From an uncultured delta proteobacterium (GTDB lineage: Bacteria > Myxococcota > Myxococcia > Myxococcales > Myxococcaceae), in the NCBI GenBank assembly GCA_963713045.1, contig CAVQKE010000004.1:128001-192000 (forward strand): DNA of 64,000 nt, given 5' to 3'. Below are positions 19,993 through 30,766 of the stretch, one piece after another. The notes beneath the pieces are model-generated. The model saw only the letters and a program-made list of their open reading frames with translations. It ran no database searches and was not told where the DNA came from. Numbering within the stretch: the stretch's first letter is position 1; every line of letters starts with the position of its first letter. Position numbers and translations under genes: made by a program.

Positions 19993-21449
19993 CTTCCGGT
20001 TGCCATTCGCTGGGCTTCGGAGCGAACGAAGGCGTAGTTGCCGTTGAGGGAATTGAAGTTGGCCACCGCCTGGGCGGCGGTCCGGGCGCCCTGGGTGTCG
20101 CCCTTGCCTTGCAGGGCGAGCGCGGTGAAATAAAGGACTTGCGGGTTTTGCGCGCTGGACTGCGCCAACTCGGCCAGCGCCACGTCGTACTGGCGCTGCG
20201 CCAGGGCAATCATCCCCAACAGCTCATGCACCTGCCGCACCTCAAACGGGATGCGCCGGACCTCCACCTGCGTCTGGTAGCTGTGGGCCTGCGCCTGTGC
20301 AGTGACCAAGTCCCCTCGCTTCAGCGCCACCCGCGCCGTGTCGAACAGGTTGTTTCTGCGGTTGGCCTCTTTCACCTCGGCCGGCACCGACGCCTTGTTC
20401 ATCAGCGTGATTTCCTCGGCAAAGGCGGCCGTGGCGCCGTCGAGCTGCTCGGCATGGAGCAGAATATTGCCGAGCAGCATCGCATCGCCGGACTGTGCGG
20501 CGAAGTCTCCAGACTTCTGGGCAATGGCCCGTTGCTCGGCCACGGTGCGTACCGCGTCCTGGGTGTCGCCTTCCAGGACGTAGGACCGGCCAATCCAAAA
20601 CAGCGCGATTCGGCGCTCGCCATCATTCCGCGCCACGCCGTACATCTTCCGAAGCGTCTTGCGCGCTTCGTCGCCCTTGCTTTGGAACATCTGGTCGTTG
20701 GCAATCCCCACCATCGAAGCGGTGAAGTGCGGGTCCACCTTGAGCGCCTTGCGGTAGCTGGCGATGGAGTCGTCGAAGCGCCCCATCTTCATCAACAGCT
20801 CGCCGTAGGAGTCGTAGGGGTTGGGGTCGCCGGGAAGCAATTCAATGTACTTCTGGAAGGTCTTCTCAGCCTCCGGGTACTTGCCCTGAAAGCGGTAGGC
20901 GTAACCCAGTTGGTTGTAAGGGGGCGTGAAGTTGGGAGAAATTGCGGTGGCCTGGGTGAGGTACTTGATGGCCATTGGGTAGTCTTGGTTTCCGAAATAG
21001 AAGACCCCGAGCAAGGTGAGGGCCCGCTCGTCGTTGGGGTAGGTCTCCGCCAATTCGGTCAGCTTCTTGCGCTGACCGTCGTTGTCTCCTTTGACGCCGG
21101 CGTTCAACGCCTCAATCATCAACCGCTCACCGACCGACACCTTGTCGCTGAGCGCGACGGCCTTGCGCAAGGCGGCGAAAAATTCCAGGTTGGCGTTGGC
21201 CGAATTGGCCATGCCGTAGTAGGCGAGGGCGAAGGAGGGGTCTTTGGCCGCCGCCTTCTCGAAGAGAGCGTAGGCCTCCACCCCCCGAAGCTTTTCATTG
21301 GCATCGCGGCCCTTCAGGTACAGCTGCCGTGCCTCTTCGAAGCTGGTGGTGATGGGGATTTTGCCCTGGCTTGGGGCGGCCAGGGCAACCAGGGGGACAG
21401 CAAGACACAGACTGAACGCTGACGCGGACCAGCTTCTTCTTTGGCACAT
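19989..21449 (-). CDS. Secreted tetratricopeptide-repeat protein
   Basis: Signal peptide; multiple TPRs (YNQLGYAY..GKYPEA, PYDSYGELL..GRFDDSI). Confidence 0.85.
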   Translation of the reverse strand: MCQRRSWSASAFSLCLAVPLVALAAPSQGKIPITTSFEEARQLYLKGRDANEKLRGVEAYALFEKAAAKDPSFALAYYGMANSANANLEFFAALRKAVALSDKVSVGERLMIEALNAGVKGDNDGQRKKLTELAETYPNDERALTLLGVFYFGNQDYPMAIKYLTQATAISPNFTPPYNQLGYAYRFQGKYPEAEKTFQKYIELLPGDPNPYDSYGELLMKMGRFDDSIASYRKALKVDPHFTASMVGIANDQMFQSKGDEARKTLRKMYGVARNDGERRIALFWIGRSYVLEGDTQDAVRTVAEQRAIAQKSGDFAAQSGDAMLLGNILLHAEQLDGATAAFAEEITLMNKASVPAEVKEANRRNNLFDTARVALKRGDLVTAQAQAHSYQTQVEVRRIPFEVRQVHELLGMIALAQRQYDVALAELAQSSAQNPQVLYFTALALQGKGDTQGARTAAQAVANFNSLNGNYAFVRSEAQRMATGS

Positions 21450-21575
21450 GTGGGCTCCTCCGCACGGCGTTATGGAGGATGCTCAAAGCCATTGCGGGCG
21501 AACGGCGGCGTTGCAGCGAGCGGTGCAGCTGCCGCCGCCAATGGGGGACGCCCCCCAGGGCTCTCGGACAGTTGG

Positions 21576-22400
21576 CTAGGGGCGGCTGGTGAGCAGTGCT
21601 GGCACGGTGGCCGCAAAGAAGCGGACGGCCGAGTCGACCCCCACCACGCCCTCATCTGGCACTTCGAGCCAGGCATCCGCCGCGCTCAACTCCTCGCTGG
21701 CCACCTGAAATTCGTGCAGACGCTGCGCAGCGTCCGGCCAGTCGGGCAATGGCTGCCCGGACACTGTCACCGCGGACATCCACAGGCTTCGGCCGCGACG
21801 GGTGGCCACCATCAGCTCGCCGTCGGTCACCAGGAAGTTGAGCGCGCTGGGCGGCTTCCCGGGGCGGTCGGCAATCTTGGCGACGCTGTCCATGGTGTCG
21901 GCCAGCGCCCAGGCCACCAGCTCCACCGGCGGGTGCGCATCCTCTTTGACGCGGGAGAAGAGACGCGAGAGAAACATCGCGAAGCACCGCTCTGAGTCGG
22001 TGGTTCCCACCAAGCGCTTGCGGTACTTGGGCAGCACCTCATTCTCCAGCTTGATACGGGCGATGCCGTAGTCCGAGATGGTGCCGTTGTGACAGAAGGT
22101 CCACCGCCCGTGGACGAAAGGATGGACGTTCTTCGGGTCCACTTCGCCCACCGAGGCGAGTCGCACATGGGCCATCAACGCGCGGGCTTGAAGAAGGCCG
22201 CTGACTCGCTCGAATTCTGGGTCCAGGTGCGCTGGCCCGAGGCCGTGCGCGACCTCGGGCAGGGCGCCCTTCACGTAGGCGGCAATTCCCCAACCGTCCG
22301 GATGCTCGACCGACTGGCGGCGGAGCGAGTTCCGTTCAGACACCAGCGGGGCATGGACTGGCTCGTGTGCCGAGCACCGAAAGCCATAAAGGCGACACAT
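21576..22400 (-). CDS. Class II glutamine amidotransferase / Ntn hydrolase (YafJ/EgtC-like)
   Basis: N-terminal MCRL, HPDGWG, AHVRLAS, NVHPF, HNG, GTTDSE. Confidence 0.9.
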   Translation of the reverse strand: MCRLYGFRCSAHEPVHAPLVSERNSLRRQSVEHPDGWGIAAYVKGALPEVAHGLGPAHLDPEFERVSGLLQARALMAHVRLASVGEVDPKNVHPFVHGRWTFCHNGTISDYGIARIKLENEVLPKYRKRLVGTTDSERCFAMFLSRLFSRVKEDAHPPVELVAWALADTMDSVAKIADRPGKPPSALNFLVTDGELMVATRRGRSLWMSAVTVSGQPLPDWPDAAQRLHEFQVASEELSAADAWLEVPDEGVVGVDSAVRFFAATVPALLTSRP

Positions 22401-22599
22401 GGAGTTCTGACTGTCTACACCGTCCTGCCCACGCCCCGCGCGGGTGTCTCGGTCGACTCACTGCAAAGATGAAATGCAATTACCCTCTCCGACGTTATAG
22501 CGGGCATGGGTGTTCTGTCCCTCCGGTGGTCGGAAGGCAGAGCGGGAAAGCCCTGACCCCGGGACCGCCCTTGGATGGGGCGGCACCCCGGGGCCTGCA

Positions 22600-23889
22600 T
22601 CAAGCGCAGCTGGCCGCGTCCGTCGCCCGCAGCACGACGCGCCCAGCCTTCACCACCGCGCGCGCATGCCGCACCCCCAGGTGGGCGCTGAGGTGTGCCA
22701 CCTCTCGGCAGCCGAGGACCAGGAGGTCCGCTGGCCCTCCCACCCGCAGCCGGCCAATGTCGGCCCGTCCGAGGGCCTGCGCCCCCCAGCGCGTCACGCC
22801 GAGAAGGGCTTCGTCCGGGGTGAGGCCGTTCAGGAGACAGGCCAGGCCAAGGCTGAGGCTGAGGTTTTCGGTGGGGGCCGAACCTGGGTTGACGTTGCTG
22901 GCCAGGGCCACCGGGACGCCGGCCTCGCGCAGGGCCTTTCCTGGCGCGTAGGTTGGCCGACGCAGCACCAGCGTGGCGACCGGCATCAGCACCGCCGTCA
23001 CCCCACTGCGCGCCAGCGCCATGATGCCCTCTGGGGAGACGCATTCCAGGTGGTCGGCACTGACGGCACCCAGTTCCGCTGCCAATTCGGCCCCGCGGCC
23101 AGCCGACAGCTGGTCCACGTGCAGGCGGGGTCGCAGGCCCAGTGCCCGCGCCTCGGTGAAAAAGGAGCGAGCCTCGTCCGCCGTAAAGGCGCCCTTCTCG
23201 ACGAAGGCATCGGCAAATTCGGCCAAACCCTCGCCCGCCACCGCCTCCAGCGTGCGCCTGCCCAGGGCGAGGTAGCCGGCGCGGTCATTCGCCCATTCTG
23301 GCGGAAGCGCGTGTAACCAGAGGAAGGTGGGCACCAGCGTCACTGGCTGGAGCGAACCCAACCGCCGGACGACGCGAAGCAGCTTCAGCTCGTCCTTGAA
23401 GGTGAGCCCATAGCCACTCTTCACCTCCAGCGTGGTGACTCCATGGGCCAGGAGCCGCTTCAGCCGGGGCAGGGCCAGTCGAATCAGTGCATCCTCGTCC
23501 TTGGCGCGGGTGGCGAAGACGGTGGAGATGATGCCACCGCCGGCGCGGGTAATGCCCACCGCGTCGACATCCAAAGCGCGAAGTGCGAACTCCTCGGAGC
23601 GGTCCCCGGCGTAGACGACGTGGCTATGGGAGTCGACGAAGCCGGGCACCACCAGGCCGCCTTCGGCGTCGAGAAGCTCCGTCCCCCGCGTCACCAGGCC
23701 CTGGGGCAGTGCCGTCTCCGGCCCTATCCACGCCACCGCCGCGCCGCGGATGCCGATGGCATCGCCGGTGCGCGCCGCCAGCGTCATGCCTGCATCGGGA
23801 CTGTCCGGCCCATCGGCGGTGAGCACCGCCGACGCCCCGCGGACGAGGAGAGTGAAGGGAAGGCCGTCGGCCGACTGAAGGGTGTCCAT
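22600..23889 (-). CDS. hutI: Imidazolonepropionase
   Basis: PGFVDSHSH, AGDRSEEF, GGGIISTV, EVKSGYGL, HVDQL, DHLE; directly after hutU. Confidence 0.92.
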   Translation of the reverse strand: MDTLQSADGLPFTLLVRGASAVLTADGPDSPDAGMTLAARTGDAIGIRGAAVAWIGPETALPQGLVTRGTELLDAEGGLVVPGFVDSHSHVVYAGDRSEEFALRALDVDAVGITRAGGGIISTVFATRAKDEDALIRLALPRLKRLLAHGVTTLEVKSGYGLTFKDELKLLRVVRRLGSLQPVTLVPTFLWLHALPPEWANDRAGYLALGRRTLEAVAGEGLAEFADAFVEKGAFTADEARSFFTEARALGLRPRLHVDQLSAGRGAELAAELGAVSADHLECVSPEGIMALARSGVTAVLMPVATLVLRRPTYAPGKALREAGVPVALASNVNPGSAPTENLSLSLGLACLLNGLTPDEALLGVTRWGAQALGRADIGRLRVGGPADLLVLGCREVAHLSAHLGVRHARAVVKAGRVVLRATDAASCA

Positions 23890-23899
23890 GGCGGGCCTC

Positions 23900-25564
23900 T
23901 CAGGGGGAGAAACGGCCCGGAAGCTTCACTCCGCGTTCCTCGGCGACGGCGATGCTGCGCGCGTAGCCGGCGTCGGCATGTCGGAGAACGCCGATTGCCG
24001 GGTCCGACTTCAACACCCGTTCGATGCGGCGTGCGGCGGCCTCGGTGCCGTCGGCGACGATGACTTGCCCGGCGTGCAGCGAATAGCCAATCCCCACGCC
24101 CCCGCCGTTGTGGATGCTGACCCAGGAAGCCCCATTGACGGCGTTCACCAGGGCGTTGAGGAGGGGCCAGTCCGCCACCGCGTCACTGCCGTCGGCCATT
24201 GCCTCCGTCTCCCGGTGGGGCGAGGCCACCGAGCCGCAGTCCAGGTGGTCGCGGCCGATGACGATGGGGGCTTTCACTTCCCCGCTGCGCACCAAGGCGT
24301 TGAAGGCCAGCCCGGCGCGGTGACGCTCGCCGTAGCCGAGCCAGCAAATGCGTGCCGGAAGGCCCTGGAAGGCGACGCGCTCGGCGGCAAGGGTAATCCA
24401 CCGCTTGAGTGCTGGCTTGTCCGGAAACAGCTCGAGAATCGCGCGGTCCGTCCGGTGGATGTCAGCCGGGTCGCCAGAGAGTGCCACCCAACGAAACGGA
24501 CCGGAACCCTCGCAGAAGAGGGGGCGAATGTAGGCCGGAACGAAGCCGGGGAAGCTGAAGGCGTCCTCCACACCCGCCAGTTGAGCGCCGGCGCGGAGGT
24601 TGTTCCCGTAGTCGAAGACGTGGCAGCCGGCGCGTTGAAAGTCGAGCATCGAGCGAACCTGAACGCCCATCGACGCGCGCGCCCGCCGGACGTATTCGTC
24701 CGGGTCGCGGACCCGTAAGCTCGATGCCTGCTCGAGCGTCAAGCCCTGCGGGATGTAGCCGTTGAGGGCGTCGTGCGCCGAGGTCTGGTCGGTCACCAGG
24801 TCTGGACGGACGCCCCGCCGGTACAGTTCAGGGTAGACGTCGGCCGTGTTTCCGATGATGGCGATACTTTTGGGCTGCCGCTGGGCGCACGCCGACTTGG
24901 CCAGCTGGAGCGCTTCGTCCACGTCTTTGGCCACCACGTCCAGGTAGCGCGTCTCGACCCGACGCTGTGCACGGGCGGCGTCCACTTCCACACCGAGGAA
25001 AACGGCGTTGCACAGGGTGGCGGCCAGCGGCTGGGCACCCCCCATGCCGCCGAGGCCGCCGGACAGCACCAGTCGCCCGGACAGGTCGTCAGAGGCAAAG
25101 TGCGTTCGGCCGGCCTGGGCGAACGTTTCGTAGGTGCCTTGAAGAATTCCTTGCGTGCCGATGTAAATCCACGAGCCAGCCGTCATCTGCCCGTACATCA
25201 TCAGCCCCTTGTCCTCGAGGTCTCGGAAGACTTCCCAGGTGGACCAGCGACCGACGAGGTTGGAGTTGGCAAGAAGCACCCGGGGCGCGTCGGCGTGCGT
25301 CTGCAGCACGCCGACCGGCTTCCCCGACTGGACCAGCAGGGTTTCCTCGTCACCAAGCGTCCGCAGCGTCGACACGATTTGGTCGAACGCCTCCCAGTTA
25401 CGCGCGGCCTTGCCGGTGCCGCCGTACACCACCAGGTCGGCCGGCCTCTCCGCGACGTCGGGGTCCAGGTTGTTCATTAACATGCGGAGGGCGGCTTCCT
25501 GCACCCAGCCCTGGCAGGACTTCGTGGCACCGCGCGGGGCGCGGACGACGCGTGGCTGTGACAT
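23900..25564 (-). CDS. hutU: Urocanate hydratase
   Basis: [49 protein letters not shown]; start trimmed from the 1232-aa ORF to [12 protein letters not shown]. Confidence 0.97.
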   Translation of the reverse strand: MSQPRVVRAPRGATKSCQGWVQEAALRMLMNNLDPDVAERPADLVVYGGTGKAARNWEAFDQIVSTLRTLGDEETLLVQSGKPVGVLQTHADAPRVLLANSNLVGRWSTWEVFRDLEDKGLMMYGQMTAGSWIYIGTQGILQGTYETFAQAGRTHFASDDLSGRLVLSGGLGGMGGAQPLAATLCNAVFLGVEVDAARAQRRVETRYLDVVAKDVDEALQLAKSACAQRQPKSIAIIGNTADVYPELYRRGVRPDLVTDQTSAHDALNGYIPQGLTLEQASSLRVRDPDEYVRRARASMGVQVRSMLDFQRAGCHVFDYGNNLRAGAQLAGVEDAFSFPGFVPAYIRPLFCEGSGPFRWVALSGDPADIHRTDRAILELFPDKPALKRWITLAAERVAFQGLPARICWLGYGERHRAGLAFNALVRSGEVKAPIVIGRDHLDCGSVASPHRETEAMADGSDAVADWPLLNALVNAVNGASWVSIHNGGGVGIGYSLHAGQVIVADGTEAAARRIERVLKSDPAIGVLRHADAGYARSIAVAEERGVKLPGRFSP

Positions 25565-25678
25565 GGCGCACCTCTCGTACGACGCAGTCCCCCCTTGACT
25601 CAAGGCCCTCGGGCTGTGACGGGTCCCCTCGCCTGGGGAGGGTTTGACAGCGCGTGCCCCATGGTTAATTAGTGCTCC

Positions 25679-26284
25679 GTGCGCATCAACGACCGCCGAC
25701 GTTTTCACCCTGACGGCGCGCCGCGCGAGCCGAGCGTCGAGGCCGTGGATGAGGTCACGCCGCCGGCAAAGGAGAGTGCCCGGTCCGCTTCCCCCGAGGT
25801 CGCCGAGGAGATGGAGCAGCTGCGCGGTGAGTTGGCCGCCGCCCGGGAACGGGTGAATGAATTCGCTCGCGGCCTGCAGGAGTCGGTGCGGGACCGAGAG
25901 GCCTTCAAGGAGCGATTGGCGCGCGAGAACGAGCGCCTCCGCGACATCGAAAAGGCCGAGAACGCCCGTCTTGTCCTCGACGCGGTGGGCGCTCTGGACT
26001 TGTCGCTGCGCGCGGCGGATGCCTCGCCCTTGGCCCGTGGCGTCCAACTCATTCGGGACGACCTGGTGGCGAAGCTGGCCGCCCAGGGCATCGAGCGGCT
26101 CGAGTTGACTGGGGCGCGCTTCAACCCCAACCAAGCCGAGGCGATGGACACCGAAGTGGTGACCGACCCGGAGTCGGATGGCAAGGTGCTCTCGGAGGTA
26201 CGGGCGGGTTACACCTTGAACGGGCGAGTCGTACGTCCTGCGCAAGTGCGCGTCGGAAGGTACGTGCAGCCTGGCAGGGCTTAG
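25679..26284 (+). CDS. grpE: Nucleotide exchange factor GrpE
   Basis: Coiled coil, then FNPNQAEAM and [16 protein letters not shown]. Confidence 0.85.
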   Translation: MRINDRRRFHPDGAPREPSVEAVDEVTPPAKESARSASPEVAEEMEQLRGELAAARERVNEFARGLQESVRDREAFKERLARENERLRDIEKAENARLVLDAVGALDLSLRAADASPLARGVQLIRDDLVAKLAAQGIERLELTGARFNPNQAEAMDTEVVTDPESDGKVLSEVRAGYTLNGRVVRPAQVRVGRYVQPGRA

Positions 26285-26296
26285 ACTGGCTGGGAG

Positions 26297-27694
26297 ATGC
26301 TTCTCCCCGCCTTGCTTCTTCTCCTCAGCACCGTCGACCCTCAGCATTCGCTCGAGGATTGGGCGCGTGCCCGAGGGCGCGCCTTCGACGGAGATGTCAC
26401 CGGGCCGCCCATCTGGCGCGAGCGGACGCCGGGATCCAGCCTGCGGGACTTCACGCCTCCTGGCTCGCTGGCCCCGCTCATCCGCGCGGTCAGCCCCGGG
26501 GTGGTGAACGTCGTCACCTACCAAAACCCTGGGGACGGGATTCTGGCCGGACGGGTGCCGGCAGCCATGGGGTCGGGATTTCTCCTTGGTCCGGAGGGCT
26601 ATGCCGTCACCAACCATCACGTCGTGAAGGGCGCCGAGGCGCTGCAAATTCGACTCAGCGACGGCCGCGTCTTCGACGCCCAGCTGGTGGGCGCGGACCC
26701 CGGCACCGACGTCGCGCTCATCCGCGCTCAAACCCATGGAGCGCGTGACTTGCCGTCGGTGATGCTGGGCGACTCGGACACGCTCGAAGTCGGCGACTGG
26801 GTGGTGGCCATCGGCAATCCCTTCGGGCTCGAGCGGAGCGTGGCGCACGGGTTGATTTCGGCCAAGGAGCGCGTGCTCGGCGTGGGCGCCTTCGACGACT
26901 TTCTGCAGACCGATGCTCTCATCAACCCTGGCAACTCCGGGGGCCCACTGTTCAACATGCGAGGAGAGGTGGTGGGCATGGCGACGGCGGTGGTGACGCA
27001 CGCCCAAGGCATCGGCTTTGCGGTGCCCATCAACATGGTGAAGGACCTCTTGCCCAACCTCTTGGACAACGGGCACCTGGAGCGCGGCTGGCTCGGGCTC
27101 ACGGTCGCTGAACAGCCTTCCGCGGATGGGCGCTCGCGCCTGGCGGTGGTGCAGGAAGTCTTCCCGGGCAGCCCGGCGGCGACGACCGGCCTTCGCCCTG
27201 GAGACCGCATTACCCACGTCAACGGCAGGCCCTTCGACTCCTACCTCGCGCTGCTTCGAAAAATCTCGCTGCTTGCGCCGGGGACGCTGGTGCGCCTCAC
27301 CGTCCAACGCGGCGTGGCACCGGCCCGGGAATTGGTGGCCAGGGTGGGGGAGCCGCCCGCACAGCGGCCGGCGCCTCTTGCCGAGATGCCGCCGGCGGAG
27401 CCGGCGGTCGAGGACGTTCTCGGCATCTCCGTGGTGGACCTGGATGCGGAGGCAGGCCAGCGCCTTCGGGCCCCCGGTCCCGGCGTCCGGGTGGAGTCGC
27501 TCGAGGCCGGCGGCCCGGCGGCGCGGGCCGGGCTGCGGGTCGGCGACGTGGTGGTGGAAGTCGACGGGCGCCGGGTGACGTCGGCCGAGGATTTCCACGC
27601 GGCGCTCGCCCCGTATGCCGAGGGCAAGAAGCTGACGCTCAGGCTCGAGCGACGCGGCCAGTCCCGCACCGTCTTTTTGGGCGGAGGTGCCTAA
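26297..27694 (+). CDS. HtrA/DegP-like serine protease with two PDZ domains
   Basis: [19 protein letters not shown] catalytic triad; two PDZ domains. Confidence 0.93.
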   Translation: MLLPALLLLLSTVDPQHSLEDWARARGRAFDGDVTGPPIWRERTPGSSLRDFTPPGSLAPLIRAVSPGVVNVVTYQNPGDGILAGRVPAAMGSGFLLGPEGYAVTNHHVVKGAEALQIRLSDGRVFDAQLVGADPGTDVALIRAQTHGARDLPSVMLGDSDTLEVGDWVVAIGNPFGLERSVAHGLISAKERVLGVGAFDDFLQTDALINPGNSGGPLFNMRGEVVGMATAVVTHAQGIGFAVPINMVKDLLPNLLDNGHLERGWLGLTVAEQPSADGRSRLAVVQEVFPGSPAATTGLRPGDRITHVNGRPFDSYLALLRKISLLAPGTLVRLTVQRGVAPARELVARVGEPPAQRPAPLAEMPPAEPAVEDVLGISVVDLDAEAGQRLRAPGPGVRVESLEAGGPAARAGLRVGDVVVEVDGRRVTSAEDFHAALAPYAEGKKLTLRLERRGQSRTVFLGGGA

Positions 27695-27722
27695 GGGCGC
27701 AGCGACACGGCAGTTGCCCTGT

Positions 27723-28345
27723 TTAGTGCCCTTCGTAGCGGGCCAGTACTGCGCCGCTGCTGGTGGAGACCAGCAGGGCGTCCAAGTGTGCGCGGCAGCC
27801 GGTCAGCTTTCCTCCCCCTTGTGTGGCAGCGCCCAGAAGCCTTCGGGGCTGAAGAGGAGCTCCACCCGGACGTCGCGCCGGCGGAAGAGGCGCTCCACCG
27901 AGTCCACCGTCTCCCCCTCGGGCAGCACCCCGGCCAACTCCAGCTGCGGAAACAGCGGGTTGCCATGGCTGTCCGTCTTCTTCGGCGTGGTGTTGGTCAG
28001 GGCGTGCGCCCCTCCGGGGAAAAATGGTGTCACCAGGACGGTGAAGTCTCCGCCCGCCGCGCCCGAGGGGGCGAAGGCCACCATGCTTGCCGCGTCCTCG
28101 CGAACCAAGGCGTAGAACCGCTTGCCATTGACGCTTTTCTGGAAGGTCTCGGCCTTTTGCCGGCACTGCGAGGTATTGGTCGCGTCCCCGCAGTCCCCGG
28201 TGTACTGCTCGAGAAAGCCGGCCAGCCCCCCGTCAAACGTCTGCGCGCTGGCTTTGAGGGCTTCGAAGCGCGCGTCCTGGGCCCAGGCAAGCCACGGCAA
28301 AAGCACAACCACCAGCGTCCAACGTCTCACGGCCATTTCCCCCAT
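27723..28345 (-). CDS. Secreted myxobacterial conserved protein (DUF6066-like), apparently frameshifted near the C-terminus
   Basis: Signal peptide and C-x7-C; main ORF stops at 27803, but a plausible C-terminus ([18 protein letters not shown]..) continues in another frame to 27723 across a G5 run. Confidence 0.65.
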
Positions 28346-28393
28346 CAGGTCGGTATTTTGACTACATCTGACTACCAGCTACCGTAGGCCACC

Positions 28394-28741
28394 ATGCACG
28401 ACCGCCGCGGCAGCCTGCGCTTCGACAAAGTCTTCACTGTGTACATCACCACGTCGGACGGGATGGCCCGTGGCATTGCCCGCAACATCTCCGCCGCCGG
28501 ACTGTACGTGGAAACCCAAGCCGCTGTGTTGCTGGGTGGCCGACTTCGCCTCACCTTCACCGGAGAGGACGGCACGGAGATGACGTGCCTGTGCGAGGTC
28601 CGCTACCAGGTGGCCCTCTCCTACGGCGCCAAGGGCGGCCGCGCTGGGCACAGCCGCGGGCTTGGGCTGCGCGTCGTCGCCTATGAGACGCGCGAGGACG
28701 AGCCGCTGCTGTTGGTGGACCGCGCGCGCGTGATGCACTGA
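28394..28741 (+). CDS. PilZ domain protein
   Basis: RRGSLR (RxxxR) and NISAAG (D/NxSxxG) c-di-GMP-binding motifs. Confidence 0.88.
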   Translation: MHDRRGSLRFDKVFTVYITTSDGMARGIARNISAAGLYVETQAAVLLGGRLRLTFTGEDGTEMTCLCEVRYQVALSYGAKGGRAGHSRGLGLRVVAYETREDEPLLLVDRARVMH

Positions 28742-28752
28742 AGCCGGCGGGG

Positions 28753-30303
28753 TCAGTTCGAAAAGCCTTCCAAGAGGTAGTGAGCCTCGATGCGCTTCAG
28801 GGCCAAAATCATCGCCGCCAACCGGGGCTCGACTTCTCTGCCGACCGTGAACGGCCGGCTGTCATGCATCTCGGTGCGGCGCGGTCGATTCTTCGAGATG
28901 TCGCGGATGATGCGGTAGTTGCGCTTGATGGCGTGCTCGAGCTTGGCGTTCACCTCTTGCTCGCTCCAGGACTCCATCCGTTTGTTTTGGAGCCACTCAT
29001 AGTAGCTGACGGTGACGCCGCCAGCGTTGGCGATGATGTCCGGAATCAAGTCAATCCCACGCTTCACCAACACCTGGTCTGCGTCTGGGGTGGTCGGTCC
29101 GTTGGCGCCCTCAGCGATGAGTTTCACTTTGAGCCGCTCGGCCACATCGGCCGTAATCTCCCCGCCCAAGGCGGCGGGGATGAACATGTCGGCGGCCACG
29201 TCCCACAGGTCCTTCTTCTCCATGCGCTGCGCGCCGGGAAAGCCGGCGACGCTTCGCTTGAGATTGGTCGGGTCGTTGACGTGGGCGATGAGCGCTGGAA
29301 TGTCGATGCCGTCGCCGTTGTAGAGCGTTCCATCCGCATCATTGACGGCCAGCAGTCGTGCTCCCAGGCCGGCCAGAATTTCTGCCGCGTTGGAGCCGAC
29401 GTTCCCGAAGCCTTGTAGGGTGAATGTCTTGCCGCGGAGCGACTCGTTCCTCTCCGCGTAGAAGTCCTCGATGCAGTACACCACTCCCTGGCCGGTGGCC
29501 TTGACCCGGCCCTCGGAGCCGCCGATGCGGACGTCTTTGCCGGTGACGATGGCCCGGCCGGTGTGCCGTTCCCGTTCGCCATCGATGTATTGGCGCATCA
29601 GCAGCGCCATGATTTCGCCGTTGGTCCCCACGTCTGGGGCCGGGATGTCGATGCTGGGCCCGATGAGATTCTTCAACTTGAACATGAAGCGCAGGGTGAT
29701 GTTCTGCAGCTCCTCCCGCCCATATTGACGCGGGTCAATCTGGATGCCGCCCTTGGCTCCGCCGAAGGGCACTTCGCAGATGGCCGTCTTCCAGGTCATC
29801 TCCGCCGCCAGCGCCTTGAAGAGGTCCAGTGAGACGTCGCGGTGATAGCGGATACCGCCCTTGTACGGGCCACGCGCCTGGTTGTGTTGGACGCGGTAGG
29901 CCTTGAAGCGTGCCGACTCACCGGGGACCAGCTGGAAGACGTTTCCGTCGGGAAGGCGCAAATGTCCCCGGCGGATGACGACGTCGGAGCCCAAGAGGGC
30001 CTTGCCGTTGAGAATAATCTGCCCATCGGCCAGCCGCTCCAGTCCACCGGGGTCGCGGACCTGGGTCACCGGGAGGTCCGAGAACTGCGCCGCCGCGTCC
30101 TTGTGCAGTGGCCGCAGCCGGTCCTTCAGCTTGGTGGTGACGTAGAAAATGTGCTCGTAGTCCGGCTCCTCCAACTCCAGGCGCACGCGCGGATTCAGTC
30201 CGGTGGTGTCCGCGGCGCGGTGGAAAATCTCCATCGCGTCCGTGTAGAGCGTGCGGCGCGGCGTCGGGCTCGGCACGCGCATGAAGTTCTCGGGTTCGGG
30301 CAT
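28753..30303 (-). CDS. Glu/Leu/Phe/Val dehydrogenase (glutamate dehydrogenase-like)
   Basis: RGPYKGGIRY, MTWK, PFGGAKGG, DIPAPDVGT, QGFGNVG, EGANGPTT, NAGGVTVSYYEW; start at MPEPENF. Confidence 0.93.
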   Translation of the reverse strand: MPEPENFMRVPSPTPRRTLYTDAMEIFHRAADTTGLNPRVRLELEEPDYEHIFYVTTKLKDRLRPLHKDAAAQFSDLPVTQVRDPGGLERLADGQIILNGKALLGSDVVIRRGHLRLPDGNVFQLVPGESARFKAYRVQHNQARGPYKGGIRYHRDVSLDLFKALAAEMTWKTAICEVPFGGAKGGIQIDPRQYGREELQNITLRFMFKLKNLIGPSIDIPAPDVGTNGEIMALLMRQYIDGERERHTGRAIVTGKDVRIGGSEGRVKATGQGVVYCIEDFYAERNESLRGKTFTLQGFGNVGSNAAEILAGLGARLLAVNDADGTLYNGDGIDIPALIAHVNDPTNLKRSVAGFPGAQRMEKKDLWDVAADMFIPAALGGEITADVAERLKVKLIAEGANGPTTPDADQVLVKRGIDLIPDIIANAGGVTVSYYEWLQNKRMESWSEQEVNAKLEHAIKRNYRIIRDISKNRPRRTEMHDSRPFTVGREVEPRLAAMILALKRIEAHYLLEGFSN

Positions 30304-30377
30304 GGTTGGGTTCTCAGCAGTTTGTGGGTTGGTACTGGGCCACGCCGTCGGCGTCAAAATTTGGGCCCGGCAGGCCA

Positions 30378-30393
30378 AGCAATTCGCGCGCCC
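30378..30393 (-). promoter_or_regulatory. Possible sigma54 promoter of the dehydrogenase gene
   Basis: Minus strand GGGCGCGCGAATTGCT = GG-N10-GC with perfect TTGCT, ~75 nt upstream of the start. Confidence 0.35.
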
Positions 30394-30729
30394 CTCTCGC
30401 ACAGCGTTGAACGCGCGGTCGACACCAGTCTCTTCGCATGAAACGCATGGAAAATCAAATGCTTGCGCGATGCGTCGAGTCGCTCCATCGAGGTCCAGAC
30501 TGCCGGTGCGCGAAGCGCGCTGCGCACTACCGGTGTCTCCGCTACGCGCCCTGGCTCGGGGCGGTGCGCGTGATTTCATTCGCTGCCGGCGTCCTTCATT
30601 TCCCGAACTCGATGGCCGGCGTCGGACACCAGATGCCGCTTCTGGTTGGGGGAGGAAGCTGAATGGGTCCGCCTCTGGAAGCGGACGGTCGAACACCTGT
30701 GGTCGATTTCGGGCGGCTTTCGGAACGAC

Positions 30730-30759
30730 TTGATATGTGACCATTAGGTCACATATCAT
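30730..30759 (+). promoter_or_regulatory. Sigma70-like promoter overlapped by a perfect 12-4-12 inverted repeat (ArsR operator)
   Basis: TTGATA-N18-TATCAT; TGATATGTGACC-atta-GGTCACATATCA at 30731-30758. Confidence 0.8.
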
Positions 30760-30766
30760 TTAGTTC

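Noticed and set aside
22557..22593. GC-rich hairpin after hutI
   Set aside because: No U-tract or recognisable RNA motif; not enough to call a terminator or ncRNA
23900..27598. 1232-aa ORF suggesting a giant HutU fusion
   Set aside because: The N-terminal ~680 aa are the antisense shadow of grpE and htrA; HutU motifs begin at 25564
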